Positions 41,514 through 54,345 of a stretch of 64,000 nt of DNA are shown in pieces. A program made the position numbers and the translations under genes. Source of the stretch: Octopus vulgaris (taxonomy: Eukaryota); contig OX597824.1 in assembly GCA_951406725.2 (NCBI GenBank), positions 42,098,001-42,162,000 of the forward strand. Reading direction: 5' to 3'. Each line of letters begins with the position of its first letter. Within the stretch, counting starts at the first letter, position 1. The notes under the pieces are model-generated. The model did not search any database. It was not told the DNA's origin and saw only the letters and a list, made by a program, of their open reading frames with translations.

Positions 41514-41805
41514 TTCTGACTCTATCTTTCCAGCTTTGCAGAGCTTAAAGCCTTAAAATGTAACAGCCTGGTTAAAAGTTGACCTCGGTGTGGTGATCCT
41601 CTAGCATGCTGGAGGTAGAGTTTCTTCTTGTAACAATATTTTCGACCTCAGCCTGGTTCTTTGTTGAGAGAAGCAGTCGTTGTTTATCCGTGAGACGACC
41701 AATGCGACTTGACAATTCTGTTTGTTGCCATATTGTTCTGTTAGCCGTCATAATGACGCTACTCACTCAAGCAATCTTGGAAGTGGGGTTGATTCTGAGG
41801 ATTAC

Positions 41806-41890
<85 letters not shown>

Positions 41891-41891
41891 G

Positions 41892-42000
41892 TAAGTGGCT
41901 GCCTGGCAGAATCATTAGCATGCCGGGCGAAATGCTTTACAACATTTCTTCCGAGTTTACGTTCTGTTTCATCCTTTCGACTTCGGTGAAATAAGTAAAT
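41892..42000 (+). mobile_element. SINE family B, 5' fragment
   Basis: CTGGCAGAATCATTAGCATGCCGGGCGAAATGCTT directly after (TTA)n. Confidence 0.7.
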
Positions 42001-43368
42001 ATGGTGCCTGTCAGTTACTAGTGAAGTCGCTTTTGTTGAAGGCGTTCAGCTAACGATCATAATGTCATGGACATGATAGAGCATTGTATCCTTCAGCAAA
42101 GTAATTAATTTTACGTTGCTCCAATCTATTCGCCTGAAAATGCAACTCCTACTCTCCTGGATGTGCCGTTGGGTCATAGTGTAGGAGAGACAAGAGGTTA
42201 TCTATGCCGTCTTGTATCTAAGCGCCCAAAATAACAAAAGTCTGGTACATGTCACCATGCCATATTCCTTCGCGAGTAACAGCTAGCTGTCTTTAGTCAA
42301 GTATAAGAAACGCATCTTCTGTCTCTTTGTCTGTCTGTTTCTGTCTGTCTGTCTGTCTCTCCCCCATCTCTCATTTTTTCCCTCTCCGACTCGGCTACGT
42401 TACACTGTAAGAAAGGAGTGCAAGTAGGAACCACTCATTTTATGTATCTATTTTTCCAGAATGAAGAAAAATTGAGTAGAATGCTGATAAGAAAAGAAAG
42501 AGAAGAAAGCCAAAATGCTCTCCCGGAAGAGACTAAGAATGACCAATGTACAGCACAATACAGACAGGAAAGGAAGAAGAAAGAAAAGCTACGGAACATG
42601 AGTAAATTATTAAAAGTTAGGTAGACTCGTCCGTCGTTGTTAAAGAGTCGTGATTGTAAGGACACGACCAGAAGAATTATTTTCCTTGGTCATGGACACA
42701 CGTCGATTATTGGACAGAAAACACCGACCGGGCAGTTGACAATTTGATATCCCACCGAAGCAGTCGTCTTTGGTTTCTCGACAGTACAATAGTAGTCTTT
42801 GCTTGCTACTCTGAAATTTTTCTATTTCGTATGTTCTCTGTTTTTGTCTCACCCTGTCTTTCTCTCTTCGTCTCTCAGTTACTGTCAAATATACACGCTT
42901 CTCTAATCCGTCAATGTCGTACGTTGTTATGACGTAACAGATTTATCACCTATCTTGCCAGCCCATCGCAATATGGCGGCATATATCTGGCATAAAAACC
43001 TGATGAGACGGGCTTTTTACGACATTTTCATCTGCCTGCTGCGTAGAGAGAAGGATGATATGTCAGCTAAGCGTAATTCTAACAGATAGCTATTTACATC
43101 TCTGTCTTAAATACTCGTGTGACAGTTTTTACGCAAGTTCACAAAGAATTTATACGTACACAAACGTATATTGATACTTTCACAATAATATACGTCTGAG
43201 CACAACATCCAGCCAGATATTAAGTATAAATAAACAAAATATGTATACACGTATATACGTATGAATGCACGAGTGTGCAAGCACGGACACACATACGCAA
43301 CACACACACATGATAGGTAATATAATATATACTATAATATATATATTACTATATTAAATAAATATGTA

Positions 43369-43493
<125 letters not shown>

Positions 43494-43642
43494 TTATCCG
43501 TAAATATTAGAGAGCCAACTTTGAATATGTTAACTCTAGTGCTAGAAATAGCTCCAACCGGTATAGTCGCCAACAATAATTCCACATAGAAATAGCACTA
43601 CAATCAACGCTATGAAATTGAAATACAACTAAATAATGGATT

Positions 43643-43721
43643 AATGTTGTACAATTGTTTCCTCATTAACAAAATACGCAGATTATACTTACATAGTTGT
43701 CTATGATTCGTCAGCAACATT
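43643..43721 (-). ncRNA. Type I hammerhead motif with extended stem II
   Basis: Reverse-complement copy of 43856-43934. Confidence 0.7.
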
Positions 43722-43855
43722 TGTCAATATAATTAATCAGACCCTTACAGGCGACGATTTACTTTCGGCGGGGAATTTGTAATTACAACTCTGAATATAA
43801 TTGATCAGACCACATGGAATCGTCGCCTGTAAGGGTCTGATTAATTATATTGACA

Positions 43856-43934
43856 AATGTTGCTGACGAATCATAGACAACTATGTAAGTATAATCTGCG
43901 TATTTTGTTAATGAGGAAACAATTGTACAACATT
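43856..43934 (+). ncRNA. Type I hammerhead motif with extended stem II
   Basis: aatgttg CTGACGA a-tcat...atga-g GAAA caattg TA caacatt. 7-bp stem I, palindromic stem III, A.G mismatch opening stem II. Confidence 0.72.
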
Positions 43935-44319
43935 AATCCATTATTTAGTTGTATTTCAATTTCATAGCGTTGATTGTAGTGCTATTTCTATGTGGAATTA
44001 TCGCTGGCGACTATACCGGTTGAAGCTATTTCTTGCACTAGAGTTAACATATTCAAAGTTGGCTCTCTAATATTTACGGATAAATATGAATTTGTATCCC
44101 CGGTTTATTGTGCTAGGTCGCTTGGTGTTAAAATAAGGGTATTATTGAATTAATATCTATGATTTTATTCACCCTCATTATTGAATATATATATACATAT
44201 ATATACCTATACAAATCTCTCTCCCCCTCTCTCTCCGTCTCTCTCTCTCTCTTTCTCTCTCCGTGTATATATATATATATATATATATATAATTGGGAAA
44301 CAATCCTTTCTAATACATA

Positions 44320-44430
44320 CACTAGGTCTGAAATTTTGTGGGTAGGGCTAGTGGATTACATCAACTCAAGTGTCTAACTGATACTTATTTTATCGATCTC
44401 GAAAGGATGAAACGTAAAGACAACCACAGC
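44320..44430 (-). mobile_element. SINE family B, 3' fragment
   Basis: CTGAAATTTTG...GATTACATCAAC...TACTTATTTTATCGATCTCGAAAGGATGAAA. Confidence 0.6.
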
Positions 44431-44464
44431 GATAATTATACTACATCATACATCAGATACATAC

Positions 44465-44518
<54 letters not shown>

Positions 44519-44870
44519 ATGGAGAATATTGGTGAAAAAGAAGAAAGAAAATGAGGATTAAGGAAAAGATGAGTAATGAAAATGAACGTAAAAAGAACCT
44601 TAGAGATCAAAAGAAAAAAACGATAGAAAAAAAGTATAAAGAAGAAAGAAAGAATTAAAGAGAGAAAGACATATACAAAAAAGAAAATAACTTAAATAGA
44701 AGAAGATTTTAAATACCGACTGAAAGACAGAAAGAGAAGAAAACTAAAACAAAAAAAAAAGTTTAAAAAGGGTTTGAAATACAAGAAAGTTATGACATTG
44801 CTCCAGTACGACGTTATCTTACCAACTTTTCTTTTCTTCTCTCTTTTCCTCACTGTTTCAGTGTGTGTGT

Positions 44871-44941
<71 letters not shown>

Positions 44942-44989
44942 TGTGTGTGTGTGTGTATATATTTCTATTTTTGTATACCAGTAAGTACG

Positions 44990-45345
44990 TGTCCTGGAGC
45001 TTGCATGTCCGAGACCATCATTCATGAAGCCACCGTGGACTCTATATCCACTAAGGACACGGTTTCAACGAAGAAATACGCGGGCCTTACAGAGGGTAAT
45101 TTCAAGGCCAGGTTCAATAACCACACCTTGAACTTCAGTTACTGGGATAAAAGGAAAACGACCAAATTATCCAGTCATATATGGTCAGTTACAACATCCA
45201 TTGGAAGACCTTAGCCAAGTGTAAGCCCTACACCAACAGCAGTGGAAAGTGCGGTTTTTGTGATATGGAAAGATGGCTCATCTGGAAAAGCAGCTTAGAC
45301 TCCACTACATATCTGAATTCAAGACCTGAACTTTTCGGTCATGCC
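44990..45345 (+). pseudogene. Penelope-like element GIY-YIG endonuclease fragment (Naiad-like), frameshifted
   Basis: CPGAC...IIHEATV...KYAGLTEGNFKARFNNH...TKLSSHIW / YNIHWKTLAKCKPY...KCGFCDMERWLI...YLNSRPEL. Shows the IVY/YIG-like strands, catalytic R, E and N, C/H zinc ligands and a CxxC. Confidence 0.85.
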
Positions 45346-45526
45346 CAAATGTGGCTAAATATTTGTTACGTTTTTGGTCCCCGCGAGATCACAGATAGGA
45401 CTTGCTTTCTATATTGTGTCCACGTACAAGCTTTTTATCTCTTAATACATTTTATATATAAATATATATTTTCATATATATTTATATATTTTTTATACAT
45501 ATATATTTTACATATTTATTATTTAA

Positions 45527-45854
45527 AATGAGGGTGAGAAATTAGATATTAATTTAATTAACATCGATTTCACACCAGTGGTCTAGCATTAAAAAAAAAC
45601 TGAAGGTTCAGTAAAATTTATTATATATATATTAGAGGGAAACCACTATGTGGACACCCTTATGCTAGAAATAGATCCGCTCACCACTAAGAAATGGACA
45701 CAAGAGGTGCTGACGGTTGGCAGTCAGGCCAACAAAAATTTAGCAAAATTGCTCAATTTTCTTGAGAACATTTCTTAGTGGTGAGACCGTAGCGGATCTA
45801 TTTCTAGCATAAGGGTGTCCATATAGTGGTTTCCCTCTAACATATATATATAAT
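45527..45854. mobile_element. Inverted-repeat element family P1, short arms with a one-sided tail
   Basis: Arms 45620-45696 and 45769-45854. Tail AATGAGGGTGA...TAGATATTAATT...CACC...CTAGCA and arm ATTAGAG...TGCTAGAAATAG align with the reverse complement of 44030-44180. Confidence 0.75.
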
Positions 45855-46575
45855 ATAGATATATTGATATATTGTTTATATCTAATATAGATATATTGTT
45901 TTATAGGTTTATTGCTCATATATTTTTTACACATAATTATTCTGTATTCCACCTTCCACCCTGCATTTTTCCCTGTGCGTATATAGACGTGTTTTACTCT
46001 TATTGCTTATATTATTTTATACTTCTTTATACTTTCTGCATTGTTGCCCTTAGCCCTGTTTATTTCTTGTGCTTGTGCGTATATAGACGTGTGTATGGAC
46101 CTTTTTGGTGCGTGCGTGTGTGTGGGGGGGATTGTATATATATATATATATATATATATTGGCGAATGGTGTGGGTGAGAATATGTATGTTTCAAGAGAG
46201 GGTGGATGAGTGCATACCTATAGGTGCATGTACGTGTGTGTGCGGGCGCGCATGTATATGTATGGACATGTGTGCTTACGCGAATACTATGTACAATTTT
46301 ACCCCCTTTTACTCCCTCCCCTCACATAGCTCTTTTGTCTTAATAACGGTCAGTCATACAGTAATTTCGCTTTGTTTAACGGTCATTTTCATAGCATTTG
46401 TTCCGATGGCCGGATAAATAAAGAGATGGTGGCGTGGATTTCGACCCCGACATCCGAAACTCGGAGTTTTATCATGGCTACCAAATAATTGTCACATATT
46501 ACCTTTACAGATAAATTCCTCTATTTACATAATATCGAGGTCTCTTTCATTCTTTTGTTGTCTTACCGTTTCTAT

Positions 46576-46644
<69 letters not shown>

Positions 46645-47357
46645 TATATATAAATGGAACAAAAACGGAATCGAGGGTATTAAAACGTTCGGGCAGATAG
46701 ACAACACAAAGGCGGACAAGAGAAGCAAGAAGGACATGCACAAAAAAAAAAAGACGGATGATTCTTGGCTTTCTTTTGTCAGTCAAGTACCAGAAGTAAC
46801 GACCATTTCGAACAGTTACACCTGAGATAGTTCGATCTGGTTGTCTCCCCAAAAGTCTAAGCTAAGAGCATTACACCCTTTTGTAAGAAAGCTAGTGAAT
46901 GTGTACGGCAACAAAGACAAAAGAAAACAAGCAAACAAACAAAAACAAACAGACAACATGGTACACAATTACGAATACAAGAAATAACAACAGGCGTCTT
47001 TCGTCTGAGAACGATTCATATTGAGCTGGCGTGTATGAAGTGAAAGCCTAAAGGCAGGAACATGGGAGATGGGCACAAGACGTGTTGACGTTTGGTAGTC
47101 AGGCCAAGAAAGAAAGATCATATCTGGCTGGACATCGGTAACGTGGAGGGAGGAGAGATTGGTAGGGGAGTGCGGGATTGGAGGATTAAAAAAAAATCAG
47201 AGACAAAGGGAAAGTTGCAGGGGAGATAAACGAGTGGTAAATAGTGGGAGTTAAAGAAAGAGAGGGCCAAGAAATGTGAGAGGAGGGGAGCGAGAGAAAG
47301 GAAGAAAAATGAGAGGGGGAACAGATAGAGTAAGTATATATATATAAATATATATAT

Positions 47358-47575
47358 AAATACCAAAACACGAAGAACAAACAAAATAAAAATAACAAAG
47401 CGAGGACGTGATACTTGTAAAGTATTAACAGACGCTCAGGGAAGGCAAGAAAGATGGTTTTACGTTTCGAGCAAAGCTCTCTTTCAGATACAGAGGGAAG
47501 TCCAATCGAAAAGGAAGACGGAGGAAAAAAGTGGCCAACGATTCACATGTGGTTATATTTTGAAATGACCGGAAG
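47358..47575 (-). mobile_element. Family P3 copy with hammerhead-like core (47460-47487)
   Basis: Minus strand: CTGAAAGAGAGCTTTGCTCGAAACGTAAAACCATC...CTGAGCGTC...CACGTCCTCGC, ending in (TA)n. Confidence 0.65.
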
Positions 47576-48509
47576 GGATTGGATGACGAAAAAGTTCTTT
47601 CCATAAAGGAGAGTGTAAGGAGGTATGTGTGTGTATGTGTGGATAAGTACGTATGCGCAGGTCTGTGTGTATGTGTGTGGTGCTTGTGTGGTGTTGGCTG
47701 TTTATATGTGTATGTGTGAGTAAACTTTGTGTCCCTTAATGTTGTAGGAAGAATTCAGCAGCATGGTAACAGGAGTGGTGATCTTTTGTGTAGTTTTGTG
47801 TCTCTTCACATGTGCGTAGAGGAATGGTCGGTAGAAAAGTGTTTCACTGGCAGTTTGAAATATGTGTGTGTATGTATATGTATGCGTGAATGTATATGTT
47901 GTGTGTCTTTTGTGTAGTGTGTACATGCGTCTGGGTGTGTGCATGTGTCTGTGTGTACGTGTGTATAGGTGCGTGTATGTGTGTGCGTGTGTGTATGTGT
48001 GTGTATGCCCTTGTATGAGAAGGTGTGTGCGTAAGTGTATGCCCTTGTATGTGTAATTGTGTGCGTGTATGCATGAGTGTGTGTTATGTGTGGGGGAGAT
48101 ATGTGTGAGTTCATGTCTATGTGTGTATGTGTGTGCGTGTGTATATGTGCGTGCATGTGTGTGTATGTGCATGTGCATATGTGTGTGCACGTGGGGTTGT
48201 GTATGGAGGGCGTGTGTATGTGTATGTGTGTGCGCGTGGAGTTGTGTGTGTGCATTCCTGTGCGTATGTGTATATGTATATGCGTGTGTGTGCGTGTATG
48301 CGTGTGTATGTGCGTGTGTGTATATGTCTATGCGCGTGTGTGCGTAAACATGCATATATATGAGTGTACATATATGTAGACATTCATACATATATGTCTT
48401 TGTGCGTGTGTGCGCGTCTGCATATTTGTATATCTGTTTATCTCTCCATTATGTTTATCTCTTCACATTTGTTATCTCTGTCTCTGTCTTTCACCCGTTG
48501 TCTATTTCC

Positions 48510-48595
<86 letters not shown>

Positions 48596-49289
48596 GTCTG
48601 TCTGTCTGTCTGTCCGTTTGTTTGTCTGTCTGTCTATCTGTCTATCTATCTGTCTATCTATCTCCTATTGTACCCAACTAGTGCTCTACGTGCTTACCAT
48701 TCTTTTAATGCTTCTGTTTAACTTGAGGGAGAGAGAGAGAGAGAAAGAACGAGAGAGAAAGAGAAAGAAGTGGTGTAAGTGTCGAAACAAATAAGAAGGA
48801 TCACCACCAACACCACTACCACTGCACCACCACCACTCCACCACCCTGTTGTCGATACACATAATTCAATGATGAAATACCGTTGATGAGAAAATGGTGT
48901 AGTAGTAAAAACAGAAAAAAAAAACGCATTTCTATTCCGTAACTCCGCCATTTTAATCAAATAAGACATGTCTTTTTCAACGTCAAAGGATGTCGCAAGC
49001 AGGAATCCCGTGTGCGCTGGCGTGTATGAGTACGTGTGTGTGTATGTGTGTGTGTGTGTCTGTGTCTGTGTGTGCTCGCGCGTGCATGTGAGTGCGTGTG
49101 TGTGTGTCTGCGTGTATATGTATGTTTGTGAGTGCGTTTGTGCTGGAGTATGTGTTTGTGCATATGTGTATATTGTACATATATAGATATGATCGTATAT
49201 GTATATGAATATGTAAGTCCACCTATTTGTGTGTATACCTTATACATACATACATACACACACACGCACATACATAAATATATATATAC

Positions 49290-49320
<31 letters not shown>

Positions 49321-49344
49321 TGTATGTATGTATGTATGTATATG

Positions 49345-49930
49345 TATTCTTTTATTTGTTTCAGTTATTTGACTGCGGCCCTGCTGAAGCACCGCCTTTG
49401 GTCGAACAAATCAACTCCAGGACTTATTCTATCGGTCTGTTTTGTCGAACCGTTAAGTTACGGGACGTAAACAGCGATGGTGCGGAAACAAACACTGACA
49501 CACACACACACACACACGTACACACACACATACACACACACACACACACTCATACACACACACGCATATATATATATATATATATATATGTTTGTGTATA
49601 CGACGGGCTTATATACGACTGGCTTCTTTCAGTTTCTGTCTATCAAATCCACACACAAGGCTTTGGTAGGCCCGGGTCTATAGCAGAAGACACTTGTCCA
49701 AGGTGCCACGCAGTGGGACTGAATCTGGAACCATGTGGTTGGGAAGCAAGCTTCATACCACATAGCCACACACACTCACTCACACACATGCAACGAGCTG
49801 CTTTCATTTTCCGTCTACGACGTACACTCACGAAGTGGTGGTCGTCCCGAGGCGGCTACAGTAGAAAACATTTGCCCAAGGCTCTACCCAGTAGGATTGA
49901 ACCAGGAACCATGTAGTTGGGAAGCAAAAT
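49345..49930 (-). mobile_element. SINE family A plus an adjacent second 5' half
   Basis: 3' half 49345-49500, 5' half 49610-49770, second degenerate 5' half 49790-49930. Confidence 0.8.
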
Positions 49931-49961
49931 TCTTATAGTCATCTACATGCATGTGTATGTA

Positions 49962-50045
<84 letters not shown>

Positions 50046-50048
50046 TAT

Positions 50049-50121
<73 letters not shown>

Positions 50122-50127
<6 letters not shown>

Positions 50128-50703
50128 TGACTCCACAGATAACAATATTTGTAACTCCCATAGGCAAAAAGAATGAAAAATAACGAAATCGAACAGTCTT
50201 CGATTAATTATGGACGCGTTTCTGGATTAGAATTATAAAAATTCATTTCCGTTATCAACATAATATTTCGAGAATTATAGGTTTTCTAGCAAATTTGAAA
50301 ATGCTAGAAAACCTACCCAAGGTAGTCAGCACATCCAGATTTATATAGACGAGTGAATTCATATTTTCCCTCCAAGATTACCATGTGCGTCACAAGACAG
50401 TACCGCAGAAAGAAAACTGCAGTTTGCTATCAGGGAGTAAAATAACCATTACAGATATAGGGTAAAGAATTATTAATTTAATAATTGATAAATTTTACCA
50501 AGTAGTTTCGGTATGAAAAAAGAACCATTATCGATAGAAACTTTTACAAAAGGTTTTTTTTTTTATATATATATAATTATAAATATAATTAAGGGTTTAG
50601 CAACAAGTTACTTCACCACATACCGAAAATTTAGAAATAGCAGCCAAAGACAGCTAATTCTTTTCACTACAGATATGACTCCACAAATAACAATATTTGT
50701 AAT
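50122..50703 (-). mobile_element. P1-like partial-tandem element with degenerate hammerhead (50207-50264)
   Basis: Direct terminal repeat AGATATGACTCCACA.ATAACAATATTTGTAA at ~50123 and 50671. TAGAAATAGC motif at ~50632. Minus strand: attatg TTGATAA cgga...tcca GAAA cgcg TC cataat. Confidence 0.65.
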
Positions 50704-50708
50704 ATACG

Positions 50709-50764
<56 letters not shown>

Positions 50765-51300
50765 CAGGGTGTCCCCCAAAAATGTATACACACCTTAAAT
50801 AATTGTAAATTTGGGGTTTATTATAATTCGAATAATTTTCAACATGTAAAAGAATTTACAAATATCATTCTATTGTCTTGTTATCGCATGTTCTCAAACT
50901 GATGTCCGTTCTGCTCCAGACACTGCTGACAACGCGAAGCGATGGAATGGCACACATCATGGAACAATTCCCTTGGGATATTCGTACATTCATGTTCAAT
51001 GGTTGCCCTCACTTGAACGACTGTTGCAGGTTTCTGTGCGTAGACTTTGTCCTTTAGGTATCCCCATAAAAAGAAGTCTAGTGGTGTGATGTCTGGTGAA
51101 CGTGGAGTGTATTCGACAAAACTTCTCCGTCCAATCCACCTGTTTGGCAAGATCCCATCAAGAAAGGATCTAACATCGCGATGGTAGTGTGGAGGTGCCC
51201 CATCTTGCTGGAAATAAAACTCTTCCTGTTCAAAGTCCTCTCTAATGCTTGGCATGACAGACTGTTGCAGCAAGTGTATACATTTTTTTGGGACACCCTG
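50765..51300 (-). mobile_element. Internally deleted Tc1/mariner-superfamily element, DD41D (rosa/Visitor-like)
   Basis: 27-bp TIRs CAGGGTGTCCC.CAAAAATGTATACAC / GTGTATACATTTTTTTGGGACACCCTG with TA flanks. Retains only the transposase C-terminus. Confidence 0.9.
50881..51273 (-). pseudogene. Transposase C-terminal fragment (DD41D spacing)
   Basis: FQQDGAPPH...RWIGR...[22 protein letters not shown]...NGHQFE. 41 residues between the QQD aspartate and the LDFF aspartate. Confidence 0.9.
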
Positions 51301-51396
51301 TATATATATATATATTTATATGTAAAGAGAGGGAGAGAGAGAGAGAGAGAGAGATAGAATGATAGATAGATAGATAAATAAATATATCCACACACG

Positions 51397-51477
<81 letters not shown>

Positions 51478-51984
51478 GTGCGTATACATGCACACATTGC
51501 GCATAGACATATAAACATTGTGCGTTTGATTCAATTTAACTTTTATGCATTGTCTAACACTGTTCCGTATTTATTAAATCTAATCCCACAGCGCTAGATC
51601 TTCTACGTATTAGTTAACTGTCTATTCAGTACATCTTTCAAACAAGAAGAAATAACAACCTATACAGAGTAAAACATAATGATCTACCTTAGCGCAAAGT
51701 TTACGCTCCATTATTTCACAGTGGTTCGTGTTTGTTGGCTGTTGTTCACGTAATGGACTTCGGGAGTATAATGCATTACATTTATAACTTAGGTAATATG
51801 CGTGAGCGGTCATTGACATAGTAAAGTGGGAAAGTATGTTTTTGAGAAATTTATTTCTTTATCTTTTATGTTTTACTTGTTTCAATCATAGGTGTAAAGC
51901 CATACTGGAGCAATACCATATTAAAGGATTTACTCCAACAAGTTGACTGAAGTTCTCATATACATATATATATATATTATCTTT

Positions 51985-52378
51985 AATTCTCTTTTACTTG
52001 TTTCAGTCATTTGACTGCGGCCATGCTGGAGCACCGCCTTTAATCGAGCAACTCGACCCCGGGACTTATTCTTTTGTAAGCCCAGTACTTATTCTATCGG
52101 TCACTTCTGCCGAACCGCTAAGTAACGGGGACATAAACACACCAGCATCGGTTGTCAAGTAATGCTAGGGGGACAAACACAGACACACAAACACACACAC
52201 GCATATATATACATATATACGACGGGCTTCTTTCAGTTTCCGTCTACCAAATCCAGTCACAAGGCTTTGGTCGGTCCGAGGCTATAGTAGAAGACACTTG
52301 CTCAAGGTGCCACGCAGTGGGACTGAACCCGGAATCATGTGGTTGGTAAACAAGCTACTTACCACACAGCCACTCCTG
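51985..52378 (-). mobile_element. SINE family A, full length and well preserved
   Basis: CTTTTACTTGTTTCAGTCATTTGACTGCGGCCATGCTGGAGCACCGCC ... CTTACCACACAGCCACTCC. Confidence 0.9.
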
Positions 52379-53156
52379 TCAACCAGATCCACTCTATCAA
52401 CCAGATCCAATCACAAAGTTTTGGTCGGCCCGAGGGAGAGAGACAGAGGGAGGCACAACAGGAGGGTAGAAAAGAAAGAGAGAGAGAGTAAGTGACGAGA
52501 AGAGATAGGAAGAAACTAGAGAGAGAGAGGCAGAGACAGAGAGAGAGGAAGATATATTTCATTCATTACATAATTATATATACAGTATATATATTTTATA
52601 CACGTGCATCTATTTACAATACTATTTGCATTCCTTCATTTACATTATATTATCTTATATTGTAATGTATTTTATTATGCATTATGTAAATTAAATTATA
52701 ATTCTTTGTATTTTCCTTTTTCGTTATTACATGCAATGTGTTTATTTTTTATAGAGTGTCTAGGATACACTGTGTGCGCTGATCCTGGTGCATGAGCTAT
52801 ATGTAATGTATTGCATATTTTATGATATACGCATATAATATACAATATAACATAACATATATGTTTACATATATATATATATATTATTTAGTGTCTCATA
52901 GGGTATGTTGTATAATTTCAAAAAATATATTAACACGCACGCACAACAGATATGTTGTTTAAGTGTGTGTGTCTGTGTGTCGTGTCTGTGTCTGTGTGGG
53001 CGTCTCTGTCTGTGTGTATGGGTGTGTGTGTGTGTGTGTGTGTATGTGTGTCTATCTGTGTGTGCATGTGTAAAATGTGCGTCAGCTATTTGACAAATCA
53101 TTTATGAACCATAAGTGTCCCAAGCTTTAAATATCCTCTCCTTTTTGAACCTCATC

Positions 53157-54345
53157 ATGGATGATTCGCATCTAATGCAAGCGATGAAAAAGCGTGCTGT
53201 TCCCGCCGCTTTAACCGCCAATCACAGTGGTCCTGAGATTGCAACCTTCTTAAACGTTATTAGGTCCTTCTTGTTTAAGATCCGAAAAGTGTTCCAAGCT
53301 TATGGCGGTAGTGGGTTTTATGTAGTCATTTGAAGGGGAAAAAATGACGGCTAGATATTATCAGAAAAGGTCGAGTTTGCCCAGCAAGTCCAGGGCATCG
53401 TCACTAGAAATTCTAGCAAATCAATGAAGGCTATTGCCAAACATCTCCATTTGTCGGAGTCAACGTTTAGATGAGTGGTGCACGAAGACGTCAGACACAA
53501 ATTCTGTGATATGAGAAGATAGCAGTTCATGTCCAATAACATCCAGAAGAATAGTGTAATGTAGTCGAAGCGCTTACTGAGCAAACTCAAACCCCCTGGA
53601 GAGTCTGATATGATCTAGTTCTTTCGATATGAGAAAAGCTTTGTCCAAGATCTAAAAGTGGATAGAAGGAATGACATGCTTCTGCGCCAGCCCCACTGTT
53701 CTCATCTTCAAGTTCACACAAAGTTCTCATCTTCAATGAGGTTCTTAGGAGTTATGAGCAATGAGAACCATATCATAATCCCCACTTGGTTCAATGCTGC
53801 AGTCTACACAGTAGTCTACATTGAGATAATTTTCAAGCCTTAAACCGAGACAGTTGCTCGGGGAAGGCCGTACGTGCTCCACCAAGATTCTGCTCCCTCT
53901 CATACAACCTAAGCAACCCAGGAGATGGTCGAAAATTTCCAGATCAGTTAGCTCTCCTGATTTTAAAATCACTGGACTACTACGTTTGGGGCATGTTGAG
54001 AGTCAGACCAACAAACATGCCCTTAATATCCTTTCTACTGCAGGCACAAGGCCTGAAATTTTGGGGAAGGGTCTACTCGATTACATCAACCTCCAGTACT
54101 CAACTGGTACTTATTTTTGTCGAACCCGAAAGGATGACAGGTAAAGCCGACTTCGGCAGATTTTGAACTCAGTACGAAAATACGGACGAAATGCTGCTAA
54201 GCATTTTGCCTGGCGCGCTAATGATTCTGCCAGCTCGCTACTTTAATCATGCCCATGATATCAAGGACTCGTTATGTCTGCTTTAGGGACGTTATGGCAG
54301 ACATAAAGGAAGAACATCTAATGAACGCATTTAGTAATTTCAGGA
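53157..54345 (+). pseudogene. Degenerate maT-like (DD37D-type) transposase, interrupted by a SINE
   Basis: ...EIATFLNV..SFLFKIRK; KVDRRND...HTKFSSSMRFLGVMSNE.H; GRPYV.HQDSAPSH; SSPD...LDYYVWG-like segment. Multiple frameshifts. Confidence 0.75.
54030..54243 (-). mobile_element. SINE family B nested in the transposase relic
   Basis: GGCACAAGGCCTGAAATT...CCGAAAGGATGA...GCTAAGCATTTTGCCTGGCGCGCTAATGATTCTGCCAGCTCG. Confidence 0.85.

Noticed and set aside
43000-43030. CTGATGAG half-core of a hammerhead
   Set aside because: No downstream GAAA or stems.
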